A DNA stretch of 64,000 nucleotides. Source: Promethearchaeota archaeon. GTDB lineage: Archaea > Asgardarchaeota > Lokiarchaeia > Sigyniarchaeales > SOKP01. The stretch spans positions 1-64,000 of the forward strand of contig JAHPZJ010000027.1 in the NCBI GenBank assembly GCA_019058245.1, read 5' to 3'. Made by a program: the position numbers and the translations under genes. Positions 20,515 to 30,342 of the stretch are shown here, in pieces (position 1 is the stretch's first letter; each line of letters starts with the position of its first letter). The notes under the pieces were generated by a model, which saw only the letters and a list, made by a program, of their open reading frames with translations, searched no databases and had not been told where the DNA came from.

Positions 20515-22542
20515 ATGGGTTTTAAAAAAATTGATATTGACGAATTAAAAACAAAAGCAAGCCCAACTTTTCTTGGTATACCTATCAGGGAAGGAGGTAA
20601 ACTTATCCAAAAAAGCTATAGAGAAAAAAAAATTGAATCAAGTTACATGGGAACAAGCTCAGAAGTATTGATATTAAATGAAGAATTTTTGGAATATGAT
20701 TATCAAAACGATGGAACAAGAAAAGGAGTTATAGGTAATGGAAATATTTCAATTTTCAATAATTCTATTAAAGATAGAATCTGGGATGCAAATTTACAAT
20801 TTTCTGGCTCACAGTTTAATAACCAGAAAGCCGAAAATAATCTTAATTTAGGTGTCTTTGAACCTAATTCAAATAAAGTATTGAAATATGAAATTATAAA
20901 TTCTGAGGATTTGCCGGATTTAATAAATGTAACTGAAAGTATTGATAACCTTAATGAAGATATTGGAATCTTTAGAAATAGTTATGAGGATTTAGAATTA
21001 AGTAATCATGAAATCTTGGAAAAAAGTCAGGATAAAAATTATTTATTGTTATGGGGAAAAGAGAATAAGGTAAAATTTACAATTAACATTGCTAACGTAT
21101 CATCATATACACTTGTTAATATTAAGTTTAAAAAATTATTTGCAAATGTTTTTTACGATTTGGAATTTAAGTGCGAAAAAAGTAAGGAATTTAAAGTTAT
21201 TAGAAATTCTATAGAAAGTTCATTAAATAATATTAATCCAGGTGAAAGTATTGATATAGTTATTTATGCAAAAGTATTTCCCAAAAAGAAAGAAAATATC
21301 AAAACAGGAAATATTGAATTAACATTTAACTTATCAAATAGAGTAATTTCCGGAGTAACAATCGATCATTTCTCAGCATATTCTCATGCGATGCATGCCA
21401 TTAAAAAAACGGAAAAGATTCACGAACCTAATAACTGGAAATGTTCTCTTATATTCGAAAACTTAAGTGATTTTTCATTAAAATTGAAATCTATCCAAAT
21501 ATTTGATAAAAATAAAAAAAATAAAATTCTGGATTTAGATTCTAGAACACTAAGAAAACAAGTAGTCAATCCTCATGGTAAATATAAAACAGATTCTTTT
21601 TATTTTGTTGATGAAAAGGAGCCAATATTTTCAAGAAAAGTTGAATATTCTATTGGTTACAAGACTGAAAAGAATTCAATGATTACTTCCAGATATGAAG
21701 ATAATTTCTTTGTCATTGCTCATTCAACAACAAAAAAGAAATTATCAGACGAAGAGATTAAATCATTTGAAGAGGCTTCAGTACATTCCCAAATAACAAT
21801 CAGTAATCAAGGGACGATACCAATCAGGGGTCTACAAATTATAGAAAAAATACCTGAAGATTTTTTACCTACAGGAAATATTTCAGATTATACATTAAGT
21901 AAATCCTCGGGTAAATTAATAATTGATGATCTTGAATTAAAAATAAAGCCTGATGATGAAGATTCTTCTCATGAACACACCATAGAATTAAATATCAATT
22001 TAAAAACCAGTAGTTTAAATTCAGTAATTGATGTGGATAATTTCTTAGAGTTAAAGTATCCTCTTAAAGCAGTAAACCCAGATTATAAAAGAGATTATAA
22101 TTTTCCACTTAGAGTTTATATCTTTTACTCAAAATATAAGGATTCTGATCGAAAAGAGTATTACATGATATCGGAAGATCTTTCTGATATGGATAAATCT
22201 AAAATAAGAATTACTCATAAAAGAAGAAAAGTTACTATTGGAAAACAGATTTATCCAGGAAGGAGCGCTAATGAATTTGCTATTTATATTATCGCAAAAA
22301 ATGGTTCAAATATGAAAATGAATGATATAAATATTACAGATTCTTTTCCAGATTCATTTGAAATGATCTCCTCAAATGCAGAATATAAGCTCACTAAATC
22401 AAAGAAAAATGCTGAACAAAAAATATCCTTTACAGTTGATACTCTTTTACCTTACCAAGAAAAAGAGATAATGTATTATTTAAAAAATATAACTGAAAAA
22501 GAGATAAAATCATCAGAATTAGAGTCATTTTTTGTTGGATAA
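20515..22542 (+). CDS. Large all-beta (Ig-like/mu-homology-like) hypothetical protein
   Basis: 675 aa, repeated beta-sandwich patterns (ITISNQG.IPI....IIEKIP; NITDSFPDSF); no signal peptide or TM. Confidence 0.5.
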   Translation: MGFKKIDIDELKTKASPTFLGIPIREGGKLIQKSYREKKIESSYMGTSSEVLILNEEFLEYDYQNDGTRKGVIGNGNISIFNNSIKDRIWDANLQFSGSQFNNQKAENNLNLGVFEPNSNKVLKYEIINSEDLPDLINVTESIDNLNEDIGIFRNSYEDLELSNHEILEKSQDKNYLLLWGKENKVKFTINIANVSSYTLVNIKFKKLFANVFYDLEFKCEKSKEFKVIRNSIESSLNNINPGESIDIVIYAKVFPKKKENIKTGNIELTFNLSNRVISGVTIDHFSAYSHAMHAIKKTEKIHEPNNWKCSLIFENLSDFSLKLKSIQIFDKNKKNKILDLDSRTLRKQVVNPHGKYKTDSFYFVDEKEPIFSRKVEYSIGYKTEKNSMITSRYEDNFFVIAHSTTKKKLSDEEIKSFEEASVHSQITISNQGTIPIRGLQIIEKIPEDFLPTGNISDYTLSKSSGKLIIDDLELKIKPDDEDSSHEHTIELNINLKTSSLNSVIDVDNFLELKYPLKAVNPDYKRDYNFPLRVYIFYSKYKDSDRKEYYMISEDLSDMDKSKIRITHKRRKVTIGKQIYPGRSANEFAIYIIAKNGSNMKMNDINITDSFPDSFEMISSNAEYKLTKSKKNAEQKISFTVDTLLPYQEKEIMYYLKNITEKEIKSSELESFFVG

Positions 22543-22580
22543 TAAAAAAATAATTAAGATAAAAATTAGGAGGAAGAAAT

Positions 22581-23423
22581 ATGAAACTACAATATTATGA
22601 AATGATGGATGATAAATCTAAAAAATATTTATTATATCTCATCGAACAAGTCTTGCCCCAATTCACTGTAAGTGAACTTAAACTTTTTTTGGAAGATTTT
22701 TCTAATAACCTTAAAAATGGAAAAAAGTCTTCAAAATCAGCTAAAAATTATGTTGAAATAGGAAATGATGCAGGAAAATTAGCTGATTTATCAAACTTAA
22801 CCATAGAAGAGTTAAAATTAATGTTCCAAATTTATATAAGCCGAGAAAAAAATGATAAATTTAGTATTAAGTGGCGGTTTTATCAATATCTTAAATACAT
22901 GTTAGATTTAGACCTAAAATCAGTTAAAGTTAACCAAGATCTTAATCCAGACTCATTAATTGATTTGATTGTTGAAACCGTAGAAAAAGAAGTAATTCTT
23001 ATATTATGTTATGATGTTTTAAGTATAGACATTTATAATAAAGCTATAATTAAGATAAATGAATTTGCAAAGGAAGAAAATTTAATTCCTGATAGAATTA
23101 TTTTTGCTGTGGGTAAATCATTTCGTAATATACCAATTGATATACCTATAAAAATTATCAACAAGGAGCTTATACCTGAATTATGGATTGAATGGATTGA
23201 AGAGAACTGTCCCTTCAATAGAGAAGATTTAATTATTGTAAATGATAGAGAACTAAAACTCGCGGGTTTTAACTTTACTAATATAGAGGATATGCTGAAT
23301 TATATATTTAGATATTCCAATGGTGGGCAAATTACCATATATAGACAGGTCGATTTTTTTACAGAAGTTGATGAGGATGAACCCGAATTGGAATTAATTT
23401 GGAAAGGAATTATGTTAAAATAA
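22581..23423 (+). CDS. Hypothetical protein (possible inactive restriction-endonuclease-like fold)
   Basis: 280-aa ORF with GGAGG SD; IDLIVE...ILILC pattern. Confidence 0.45.
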   Translation: MKLQYYEMMDDKSKKYLLYLIEQVLPQFTVSELKLFLEDFSNNLKNGKKSSKSAKNYVEIGNDAGKLADLSNLTIEELKLMFQIYISREKNDKFSIKWRFYQYLKYMLDLDLKSVKVNQDLNPDSLIDLIVETVEKEVILILCYDVLSIDIYNKAIIKINEFAKEENLIPDRIIFAVGKSFRNIPIDIPIKIINKELIPELWIEWIEENCPFNREDLIIVNDRELKLAGFNFTNIEDMLNYIFRYSNGGQITIYRQVDFFTEVDEDEPELELIWKGIMLK

Positions 23424-23464
23424 AAATTAAACAGAAAAAATAGGAGAAAAAAGAGGTCAACAAT

Positions 23465-25456
23465 ATGTTAGAAACTGAATTTCAAAATAACGAATTTAAA
23501 GATACAATAAACGTAGTAATTATTCAAGTTCTTGATGAAAGATATCTTATAGAAGTTAAAAATATAAAGGAAATTTATGTTCCAGGGGATAATATCATTC
23601 CCGTTCCTTTAACAGATAAATCCATACTTGGTATTATTAATATAAGAGGAGAAATTTATTCAATTATCTCATTAAGACATAATATATCTGATGATAATGA
23701 TATTGATTATGGTTTATCTAACACATCACGGATTTTACTATTAGAATATGAAGACTTAAAAATAGCTTTATTAGTAGATTCCGTAATTGGCGTTAAAAAT
23801 ATTCCCCTTTCAATCTTCAAAAAACAAGGTACTATTGTAAAAACAAGTATTGATTTCAGATTGATAAAATTAACTGGAATTTTTCAGGATGAAGCACTTA
23901 TATTATTAGACCTACAAGCTTTAATTCAACCTTATTTGAAATCTCAGGTTAAGAAAGTAGAGAAAAAGATAGAACAAAAACCTAAAGTCCTTGAACGTGC
24001 TAAAATCCACCCTAAAGTGAAGCCAAAAACAACACCAGAACCTAGCAGCATTGAATCAGCTGTTATAATCCCTCAAAAAACACCATCTGAAATGCAGCTG
24101 ACTAAGATTCCAGTAGAAAAAAAACGAAAACAAGTATCATTATCGAATGAACAGCAAGATATTCTTAGAGAGATTGGTAATATAGGAACTGGAAACGCTG
24201 TTACAGCTTTATCACGACTAGTTAAAAAGAAAATAGATGTTACTCTCACAGATGTAGGTATTATACCTTTAAATGAATTACCAAAACAATTTGGTGGTGC
24301 TAAAGAGAAAGTATGCGGGATTTTTTGTCATATAGATAAACCATCTCAAGCAACTATTTTAAATATTTTTGAAATGCAACCACTAATGAAATTGATAGCA
24401 CAATTAGCGGGGCCTCAATCTAAGATAGATCCTAAAAAGGTGAAATCTAAAAAAGATCTTGATGATTTTGCTATTTCCACTATTGTAGAGATGGGTAATA
24501 TTATGGCAGGGCATTATGCCTCTGCATTAGCTGATTTATTAGAAACAAAAATGCTGATTGATATTCCGGAATTTACAATGAGTAAAGCTGGAGAAATTGG
24601 AGAATTTCTTTCTAAAGAATTAGAATCTATTGCGGAGTATTTTATTATAATAAAAACTTCAGTAAACGTAGCGGATTTGAAACTGACAGGTATGTTCTTC
24701 TTTATCCCTGATCTTGAAACGTTAAAGACATTTTTCAATAAATTAGGTATTGAACATGATATACCTGTCAAGATAATGACAACTAAAAGAGCAACTGAAA
24801 TCCCAAGTATCGATAAGATAAAGCTTTCAGAAGTGCAAAGAGATGCGTTACAAGAAGTCGGAAATATTGGTGCTGGAAATGCCGCTAACGCCTTAGCTCA
24901 AATGATTAACAAAAGAGTAGATATAAATATTCCATCAGTAGAGATGGTTGAATTGGATGAGTATGCAAATACTATGAGTAATAAAAATGAGACCCTTTTG
25001 GTCGCTTGGAGTAATGTTACTGGTAAAACTCGAGCTACTGTCCTGACATTGTTTAATATAAAAGATGCTATTGATATAACCTCAATAATAGTAGATGATA
25101 GAGATAAAAAACAAATCGATCTTAGAAAAAAAATTAGTAAAGCGTCTGATTTTCCTGAGCTTTATCATAGTGCAATATCTGAACTAGGGCATATATTAGG
25201 TAGCCATTATGTAAGTGCAATTGGGGATTTATTAGGTATAAGATTAATGACAGAACCTCCAGATATGAGCGTGGACACGGGACGTCAATTATTTAAAATT
25301 TTAAAAGAGGAAATTGGATTACTAAAAAAATTATCACTGGTTATTACTACAAATGTGATTATCACAGACATTAAAGTTACTGGTACTTTCTTGTTCATTC
25401 CCAACTTAGAAACATTACAAGAATTATTGGAGGCACTTTTAAAGTTTTATTCTTAA
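23465..25456 (+). CDS. CheW-CheC-CheC fusion protein
   Basis: N-terminal CheW (GIINIRGEI, ALLVDSV), Pro/Lys linker, two full CheC units (EIGN/EMGN and EVGN/ELGH). Confidence 0.85.
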   Translation: MLETEFQNNEFKDTINVVIIQVLDERYLIEVKNIKEIYVPGDNIIPVPLTDKSILGIINIRGEIYSIISLRHNISDDNDIDYGLSNTSRILLLEYEDLKIALLVDSVIGVKNIPLSIFKKQGTIVKTSIDFRLIKLTGIFQDEALILLDLQALIQPYLKSQVKKVEKKIEQKPKVLERAKIHPKVKPKTTPEPSSIESAVIIPQKTPSEMQLTKIPVEKKRKQVSLSNEQQDILREIGNIGTGNAVTALSRLVKKKIDVTLTDVGIIPLNELPKQFGGAKEKVCGIFCHIDKPSQATILNIFEMQPLMKLIAQLAGPQSKIDPKKVKSKKDLDDFAISTIVEMGNIMAGHYASALADLLETKMLIDIPEFTMSKAGEIGEFLSKELESIAEYFIIIKTSVNVADLKLTGMFFFIPDLETLKTFFNKLGIEHDIPVKIMTTKRATEIPSIDKIKLSEVQRDALQEVGNIGAGNAANALAQMINKRVDINIPSVEMVELDEYANTMSNKNETLLVAWSNVTGKTRATVLTLFNIKDAIDITSIIVDDRDKKQIDLRKKISKASDFPELYHSAISELGHILGSHYVSAIGDLLGIRLMTEPPDMSVDTGRQLFKILKEEIGLLKKLSLVITTNVIITDIKVTGTFLFIPNLETLQELLEALLKFYS

Positions 25457-25577
25457 ATTAATCATTAAGAATTATTTTTATCTCAATTTTATTCTAAAAT
25501 TTCAAAATCGAATGAAGAAGATTTATATTTAAAATAAATCTAAATAGAATATTAAAAATTATAGATAGGGATTAAAT

Positions 25578-26132
25578 ATGTTAAAAAGCGGTTATTACGA
25601 CTTTATTTATGAAGTACAAGGTGAAACACTTAAACTAAGGCCCGAGAAGATGTTTGATCCCAATTGCGTGTATTTAATAGTAGATAAGGAGTTAAAACTT
25701 ATTTGGATCTGGGCGGGTAGTCATTCTCGATTATTTCATCGATATATGGCAGCTAATTTTGCAGGAAAACTCAAGACAAAAAAGAAATTTTATAATTTTA
25801 AATATGAAGTCGTTAAAGAAGGTATTGAACCTCCTGAATTTCATATAATATACAAAGAGATTAAAGAACAAAATTCTACTATAACCTATCCTGGGCAATC
25901 TAGATATATTGTTAAACAAACTCAAGCCCCAAGTAGTTATGGGGGAACTTCATCTTTAGATACAAGTTTAGAATCTAAAATAATTCTAGATGGTCGAGAA
26001 TTATCAAAATCTGTCAAATCTCGTATTAAAAAAATTTTATCTGAGATAAAAGAAATTCAATCACATATAACTTATTCAATTAATCATATCCAACAACGTT
26101 TTGCCGAAATTGAAAAATTATTAGAAAATTAG
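25578..26132 (+). CDS. Single gelsolin-domain protein with C-terminal coiled coil
   Basis: FDPNCVYLIVD...IWIWAG..S...A...A...VVKEGIEPPEF is the gelsolin-repeat signature. Confidence 0.8.
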   Translation: MLKSGYYDFIYEVQGETLKLRPEKMFDPNCVYLIVDKELKLIWIWAGSHSRLFHRYMAANFAGKLKTKKKFYNFKYEVVKEGIEPPEFHIIYKEIKEQNSTITYPGQSRYIVKQTQAPSSYGGTSSLDTSLESKIILDGRELSKSVKSRIKKILSEIKEIQSHITYSINHIQQRFAEIEKLLEN

Positions 26133-26134
26133 AG

Positions 26135-26275
26135 TGTTTAGAAACGATAAGAATTAAGGATATTAGATTTGATTCGAATTATTTAAAACTGCTAACGTAC
26201 CTATTAATTAATAATATTGAATTTACTTCTGATTATAATAGAAGAAATATTGTCAAAAGAAGAATCAGTTATTGA
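26135..26275 (+). pseudogene. Possible remnant of a CheR N-terminal domain
   Basis: Open frame without a start codon: DSNYLKLLTYLLINNIEFTSDYNRRNIVKRRISY*, resembling the CheR N-terminal helices (..sdY....l.RRi..); directly upstream of cheB. Confidence 0.35.
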
Positions 26276-26405
26276 ATTATTGAAAGGAGGTAAAAGTCAA
26301 GAGAATTGTTAATTTTAGGAAAAATAGAGTAAAAAATTTAATCAGAATATAATTAAAAACTTAAAGTTTGTTATAATCATATGTAATTGAAAAAAGAGGG
26401 CTCAA

Positions 26406-27548
26406 ATGTCGATTAAGGTTCTTTTAGCGGAAGATTCAAGCTATCAGAGAAAGCTAATAACTGATATGCTATTATCAAGCAAGGAGATTTCTAAAGTAGA
26501 AGTTGCTAAAAATGGAAAAGAAGCTATTAAAAAAATTGAGTCAGTAAATCCAGATGTTTTAATTTTAGATTTAATAATGCCTAAAATAGACGGAATAACG
26601 GTGTTCAAATTCCTTTCAGAACATTATCCAATACCTACAATAATATTTACAGCTAAATCTCCAGAAACATTAGATGATTCTGTTCAAGCTTTACTTTTAG
26701 GAGCATTTGATTTTATTGTAAAACCAAAAGGACTATGGAAAGAAGAACTCCCCAAATTAAAAGAAAAATTAATTTTTAGTACGCTTTATGCGAGTAAAAT
26801 AAAAAAGACCTATGAAAAACGAAATTTATTAATAAAGAAATCTTTCGAGAAACCTCTTAATTTGATAACTGAACAATATCAAATAATTAAAAAGCCTAAA
26901 CCAAAGATTGAAAAAGCTCTGAAAATAACACCCTTACTTGAAGGTAAATTAACACCCAATGCAATAGTTATAGGAACTAGTACTGGTGGTCCTAGAACCT
27001 TAAAAACAATATTAAAAGATATTCCAAAAGATTTTTCATCACCAATTTTAATGGTTCAACATTTAGATGAATTCTTTATGAAAGAATTCTCAAAATCATT
27101 AAATCAGGTCAGTAAAATTGAAGTTAAAATTCCTGTTAATGGGGAAAAAATTCTTCCAGGAATTGCTTATCTTAGTCCAGGAGAAAAACATATGGAAGTT
27201 GCCCAAAGAAACAAGATACAATACATTAAAATACTTGATGGGGAGCCTGTTAATTTTTGTAAGCCTTCGGTGGATGTTTTATTCCTTTCAGCAGCAAAAG
27301 TATATAAGGATCGAATTTTGGGGATCTTACTAACAGGTTTAGGACAAGATGGTGCAGCTGGTTTAGAAGCAATTAAAAAAGGAGGAGGCCAAACAATTGC
27401 AGAATCAGAACAAACATGTGTGGTATATGGTATGCCTAAAGCGGCGGTAAAGAGAGGAGCTGCAAATTTAATCTTACCTAATTACCAAATTAAAGAACAT
27501 ATGTTAAAATTTGCTAGAAAAAATAAGGGTAATCCAATATATTCATAA
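26406..27548 (+). CDS. cheB: Chemotaxis methylesterase CheB (receiver plus esterase)
   Basis: Receiver DLIMP; catalytic STGG, QH, GLGQDG; VVYGMP. Confidence 0.92.
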   Translation: MSIKVLLAEDSSYQRKLITDMLLSSKEISKVEVAKNGKEAIKKIESVNPDVLILDLIMPKIDGITVFKFLSEHYPIPTIIFTAKSPETLDDSVQALLLGAFDFIVKPKGLWKEELPKLKEKLIFSTLYASKIKKTYEKRNLLIKKSFEKPLNLITEQYQIIKKPKPKIEKALKITPLLEGKLTPNAIVIGTSTGGPRTLKTILKDIPKDFSSPILMVQHLDEFFMKEFSKSLNQVSKIEVKIPVNGEKILPGIAYLSPGEKHMEVAQRNKIQYIKILDGEPVNFCKPSVDVLFLSAAKVYKDRILGILLTGLGQDGAAGLEAIKKGGGQTIAESEQTCVVYGMPKAAVKRGAANLILPNYQIKEHMLKFARKNKGNPIYS

Positions 27549-27569
27549 GGTTATAACCAAAACTTTAAG

Positions 27570-28118
27570 GTGAAAAAGATAAAACCCCATGGATGTATTG
27601 AAAAACCAAACACTGATGGAAAAATTATCTTACCAATAGGGCATTATGCTATTGTAAATTGTAGAAATAAACCAAATAATATTTATACAAAAATATCAAT
27701 TTATGGATTAGGGTCTTGTATTGCTCTGATACTTTTTGATAGTAAAAATAAAGTAAGTGGAATGTCTCATATATTACTTCCAAAATGTCAACTAAACAAA
27801 AAAATTGAATATCCTCACAAATATGCTGATCTCTCAGCAAATCTGTTACTTCAAGAATTATTAAACCGTGGAGCAATTAAGAAAAATATAAAAGCTGTGA
27901 TTGTTGGGGGTTCAAAGATTTTTGAATTAGATGAAAATGGTATAGGGATTAATAATATCAAAGCAATTAAAAATGAATTAAAAAAATTAGAAATTAAGAT
28001 TATAGGAGAAAATACAGGAGGATCTGAAGGAAGAGTTGTCATATTTGACACTAAAGATTTCTCAGTCTATGTTAGATTAACAAGAGAATCAAATCTTCAA
28101 AAAATAAAGTATTCATGA
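27570..28118 (+). CDS. cheD: Chemoreceptor glutamine deamidase CheD
   Basis: GLGSCIA, GMSHILLP, KYAD, GGSKIF, TGG..GR. Confidence 0.92.
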   Translation: MKKIKPHGCIEKPNTDGKIILPIGHYAIVNCRNKPNNIYTKISIYGLGSCIALILFDSKNKVSGMSHILLPKCQLNKKIEYPHKYADLSANLLLQELLNRGAIKKNIKAVIVGGSKIFELDENGIGINNIKAIKNELKKLEIKIIGENTGGSEGRVVIFDTKDFSVYVRLTRESNLQKIKYS

Positions 28119-28159
28119 TATAATAATTTTAAAAAGATTTAAAATTGAGAGGATTAAAA

Positions 28160-28813
28160 ATGAAAAAGCCAATTGATATAAAATTAACACAAGAACAATT
28201 AGACATTTTAAAAGAATTAGGTAATATCGGTTCTGGGCATGCAATAACAGCACTTTCCAAATTACTTAATATTAAAATCGATGTTTCATTGACATCCATA
28301 GATATTGTTCCTTTTTGGAAAGTTCCCGAACTATTTAATAAGTCTGCAATTGATATGGTTGGAATCTATTCTAAGATTCCCTTTAAATCAGATTTAGCAA
28401 TTATCCAATTATTTACAAAAGTATCGATAGTAAGTCTAATCAATATTTTATCTGATAATGACAAAATTATGGTTGATGATATAAAAACTATTGATGATTT
28501 GGATGATTTTTCAGTAAGTATTATAAGTGAAATTGGAAATATCTTATCTGGTCATTATACTAATGCTTTAGCTGATATGCTATCAATTAAACTGGTACCA
28601 AATGTTCCAAAAATCGCATTAGATTCTTTGAATGCTATTTTAGAAACCTTAATTGCTAAATTTTCTCAATTGTCAGATTATATGATTTTAATAAATACAA
28701 AATTAATAGTTTTAGATGTAAATATAGAAGGTATAATCTGTCTTATCCCTTCAATCAATATCTTAAAAAATCTATTTAATATTCTAAACTTAAAATACGA
28801 TCTAAATCTCTAG
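28160..28813 (+). CDS. cheC: CheY-P phosphatase CheC
   Basis: D.LKELGNIG.G.A.TALS and S.ISEIGNI motifs; GAGG SD before ATG 28160. Confidence 0.9.
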   Translation: MKKPIDIKLTQEQLDILKELGNIGSGHAITALSKLLNIKIDVSLTSIDIVPFWKVPELFNKSAIDMVGIYSKIPFKSDLAIIQLFTKVSIVSLINILSDNDKIMVDDIKTIDDLDDFSVSIISEIGNILSGHYTNALADMLSIKLVPNVPKIALDSLNAILETLIAKFSQLSDYMILINTKLIVLDVNIEGIICLIPSINILKNLFNILNLKYDLNL

Positions 28814-28954
28814 GAAAGATATTTGATGATATGTACAAATAAACAAGCTTAATTTATTTTCAGTGAAATTTTATTTTTGGGTTTTAGTAACATATATATT
28901 TTCTAACTTTACTATTTATTAGAATAATTAATTAAATATAATTAGGAGAGTTAT

Positions 28955-30313
28955 TTGACGATTGATGTGGTTATTGCTGATGACAGCGCATTTTTAAGAA
29001 AAAATATAGCAAATATTCTAAAAGAACATGATTCAATTGATATTACTGGATTTGCGAAGGATGGAGAAGAAGCTGTTAAACTTGTTAAAGAAATTAGCCC
29101 AGATGTCTTAGTTTTAGATTTAGTAATGCCTAAAATGAATGGATTGGATGCATTCAAACTAATAATGGAGGAAAATCCCACGCCTACTGTTGTCCTTTCA
29201 GCTATTAGTCCAAAAAAACTGGACTCTTCCATTCAAGCTCTTTTAATGGGTGCTTTTGATTATATCATAAAACCAGGGGGTATTGGAGCAAAACCATTGC
29301 CAAGATTTCGTGAAGAATTACTCGCTAAAGTATTGTTAGCGTCTCAATCACAAATTAAAAAAATATTCAGAAAAGGAGAAATTATATTAAAAAAAGGAAG
29401 ATCTCTCCGCCAGGAGATGGTTAATCGAATTTTTGATTTTGGACAATATCTTAACAGATTAGAACCTATTCAAGAAATTGAGGAAGAACAAAAATACGAT
29501 TCTTTCGAAATTATGAAGGTTAAGGCAATCCTCAAGGATGAAACTAAGGGTAAATTAGCAGAGTCAGCATCGAGTGAAGAAATTAATAAGGCAATAATAA
29601 GTACATCAGAAACAAGTGAAGAAAGGATAGAACAGATATCAAGAAAATCAGCATTACTAAAAAAATCAACAAATGCACAATTTAAAAAGAGTAAAACAGT
29701 AAATATTCCTGATCTCTCCCCTATTAAAGGAACTACAATAAGTTCAAATATAATTGTTATAGGTGCTAGCGTTGGAGGACCTAGAACAATAACAACAATA
29801 TTAAAAGAAATTCCAAGAAATTTTAAGGCACCAATCTTAATCGTTCAGCATTTATCTTCTCATTTTACAGATGCTTTTGCAGATAATTTAGATATGGAAT
29901 GTGAACTCAAAATAAAAGTAGCTAATAATGGAGATTATATTAAACCTGGTTATGTTTATCTTGCCCCTGGAGATGTGCATATGGAAATCTCTGTTGAAAA
30001 TAATACACCTCTAATCAAAGTTTATAAAGGAAGTCCTGTTAACTTTTGCATGCCTTCTATAGATGTATTATTTTTTTCAGCAGCAAAAGTTTATAGAAAT
30101 CATGCTATGGGAATAATTCTAACTGGAATGGGCTCAGATGGTGTAGAAGGTCTGGGAGCAATTAAAAGAGTGGGTGGAAAGACAATAGCAGAAGATAAAA
30201 GTACTTCTATACTTTATGCTATGCCAAAATTTGCCTCTGAGAAAGGATATGCTAAACTTGTATTACCAAATTATAATATAAAAGATGAAATGATAAAATT
30301 CATTGGAAATTAG
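28955..30313 (+). CDS. cheB: Second CheB methylesterase with a long inter-domain linker
   Basis: Receiver DDS/DLVMP; ASVGG, QH, GMGSDG; ~130-aa charged linker. Confidence 0.9.
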   Translation: MTIDVVIADDSAFLRKNIANILKEHDSIDITGFAKDGEEAVKLVKEISPDVLVLDLVMPKMNGLDAFKLIMEENPTPTVVLSAISPKKLDSSIQALLMGAFDYIIKPGGIGAKPLPRFREELLAKVLLASQSQIKKIFRKGEIILKKGRSLRQEMVNRIFDFGQYLNRLEPIQEIEEEQKYDSFEIMKVKAILKDETKGKLAESASSEEINKAIISTSETSEERIEQISRKSALLKKSTNAQFKKSKTVNIPDLSPIKGTTISSNIIVIGASVGGPRTITTILKEIPRNFKAPILIVQHLSSHFTDAFADNLDMECELKIKVANNGDYIKPGYVYLAPGDVHMEISVENNTPLIKVYKGSPVNFCMPSIDVLFFSAAKVYRNHAMGIILTGMGSDGVEGLGAIKRVGGKTIAEDKSTSILYAMPKFASEKGYAKLVLPNYNIKDEMIKFIGN

Positions 30314-30342
30314 AAAAAAATAATAATAGTTAATTTTTAGTT

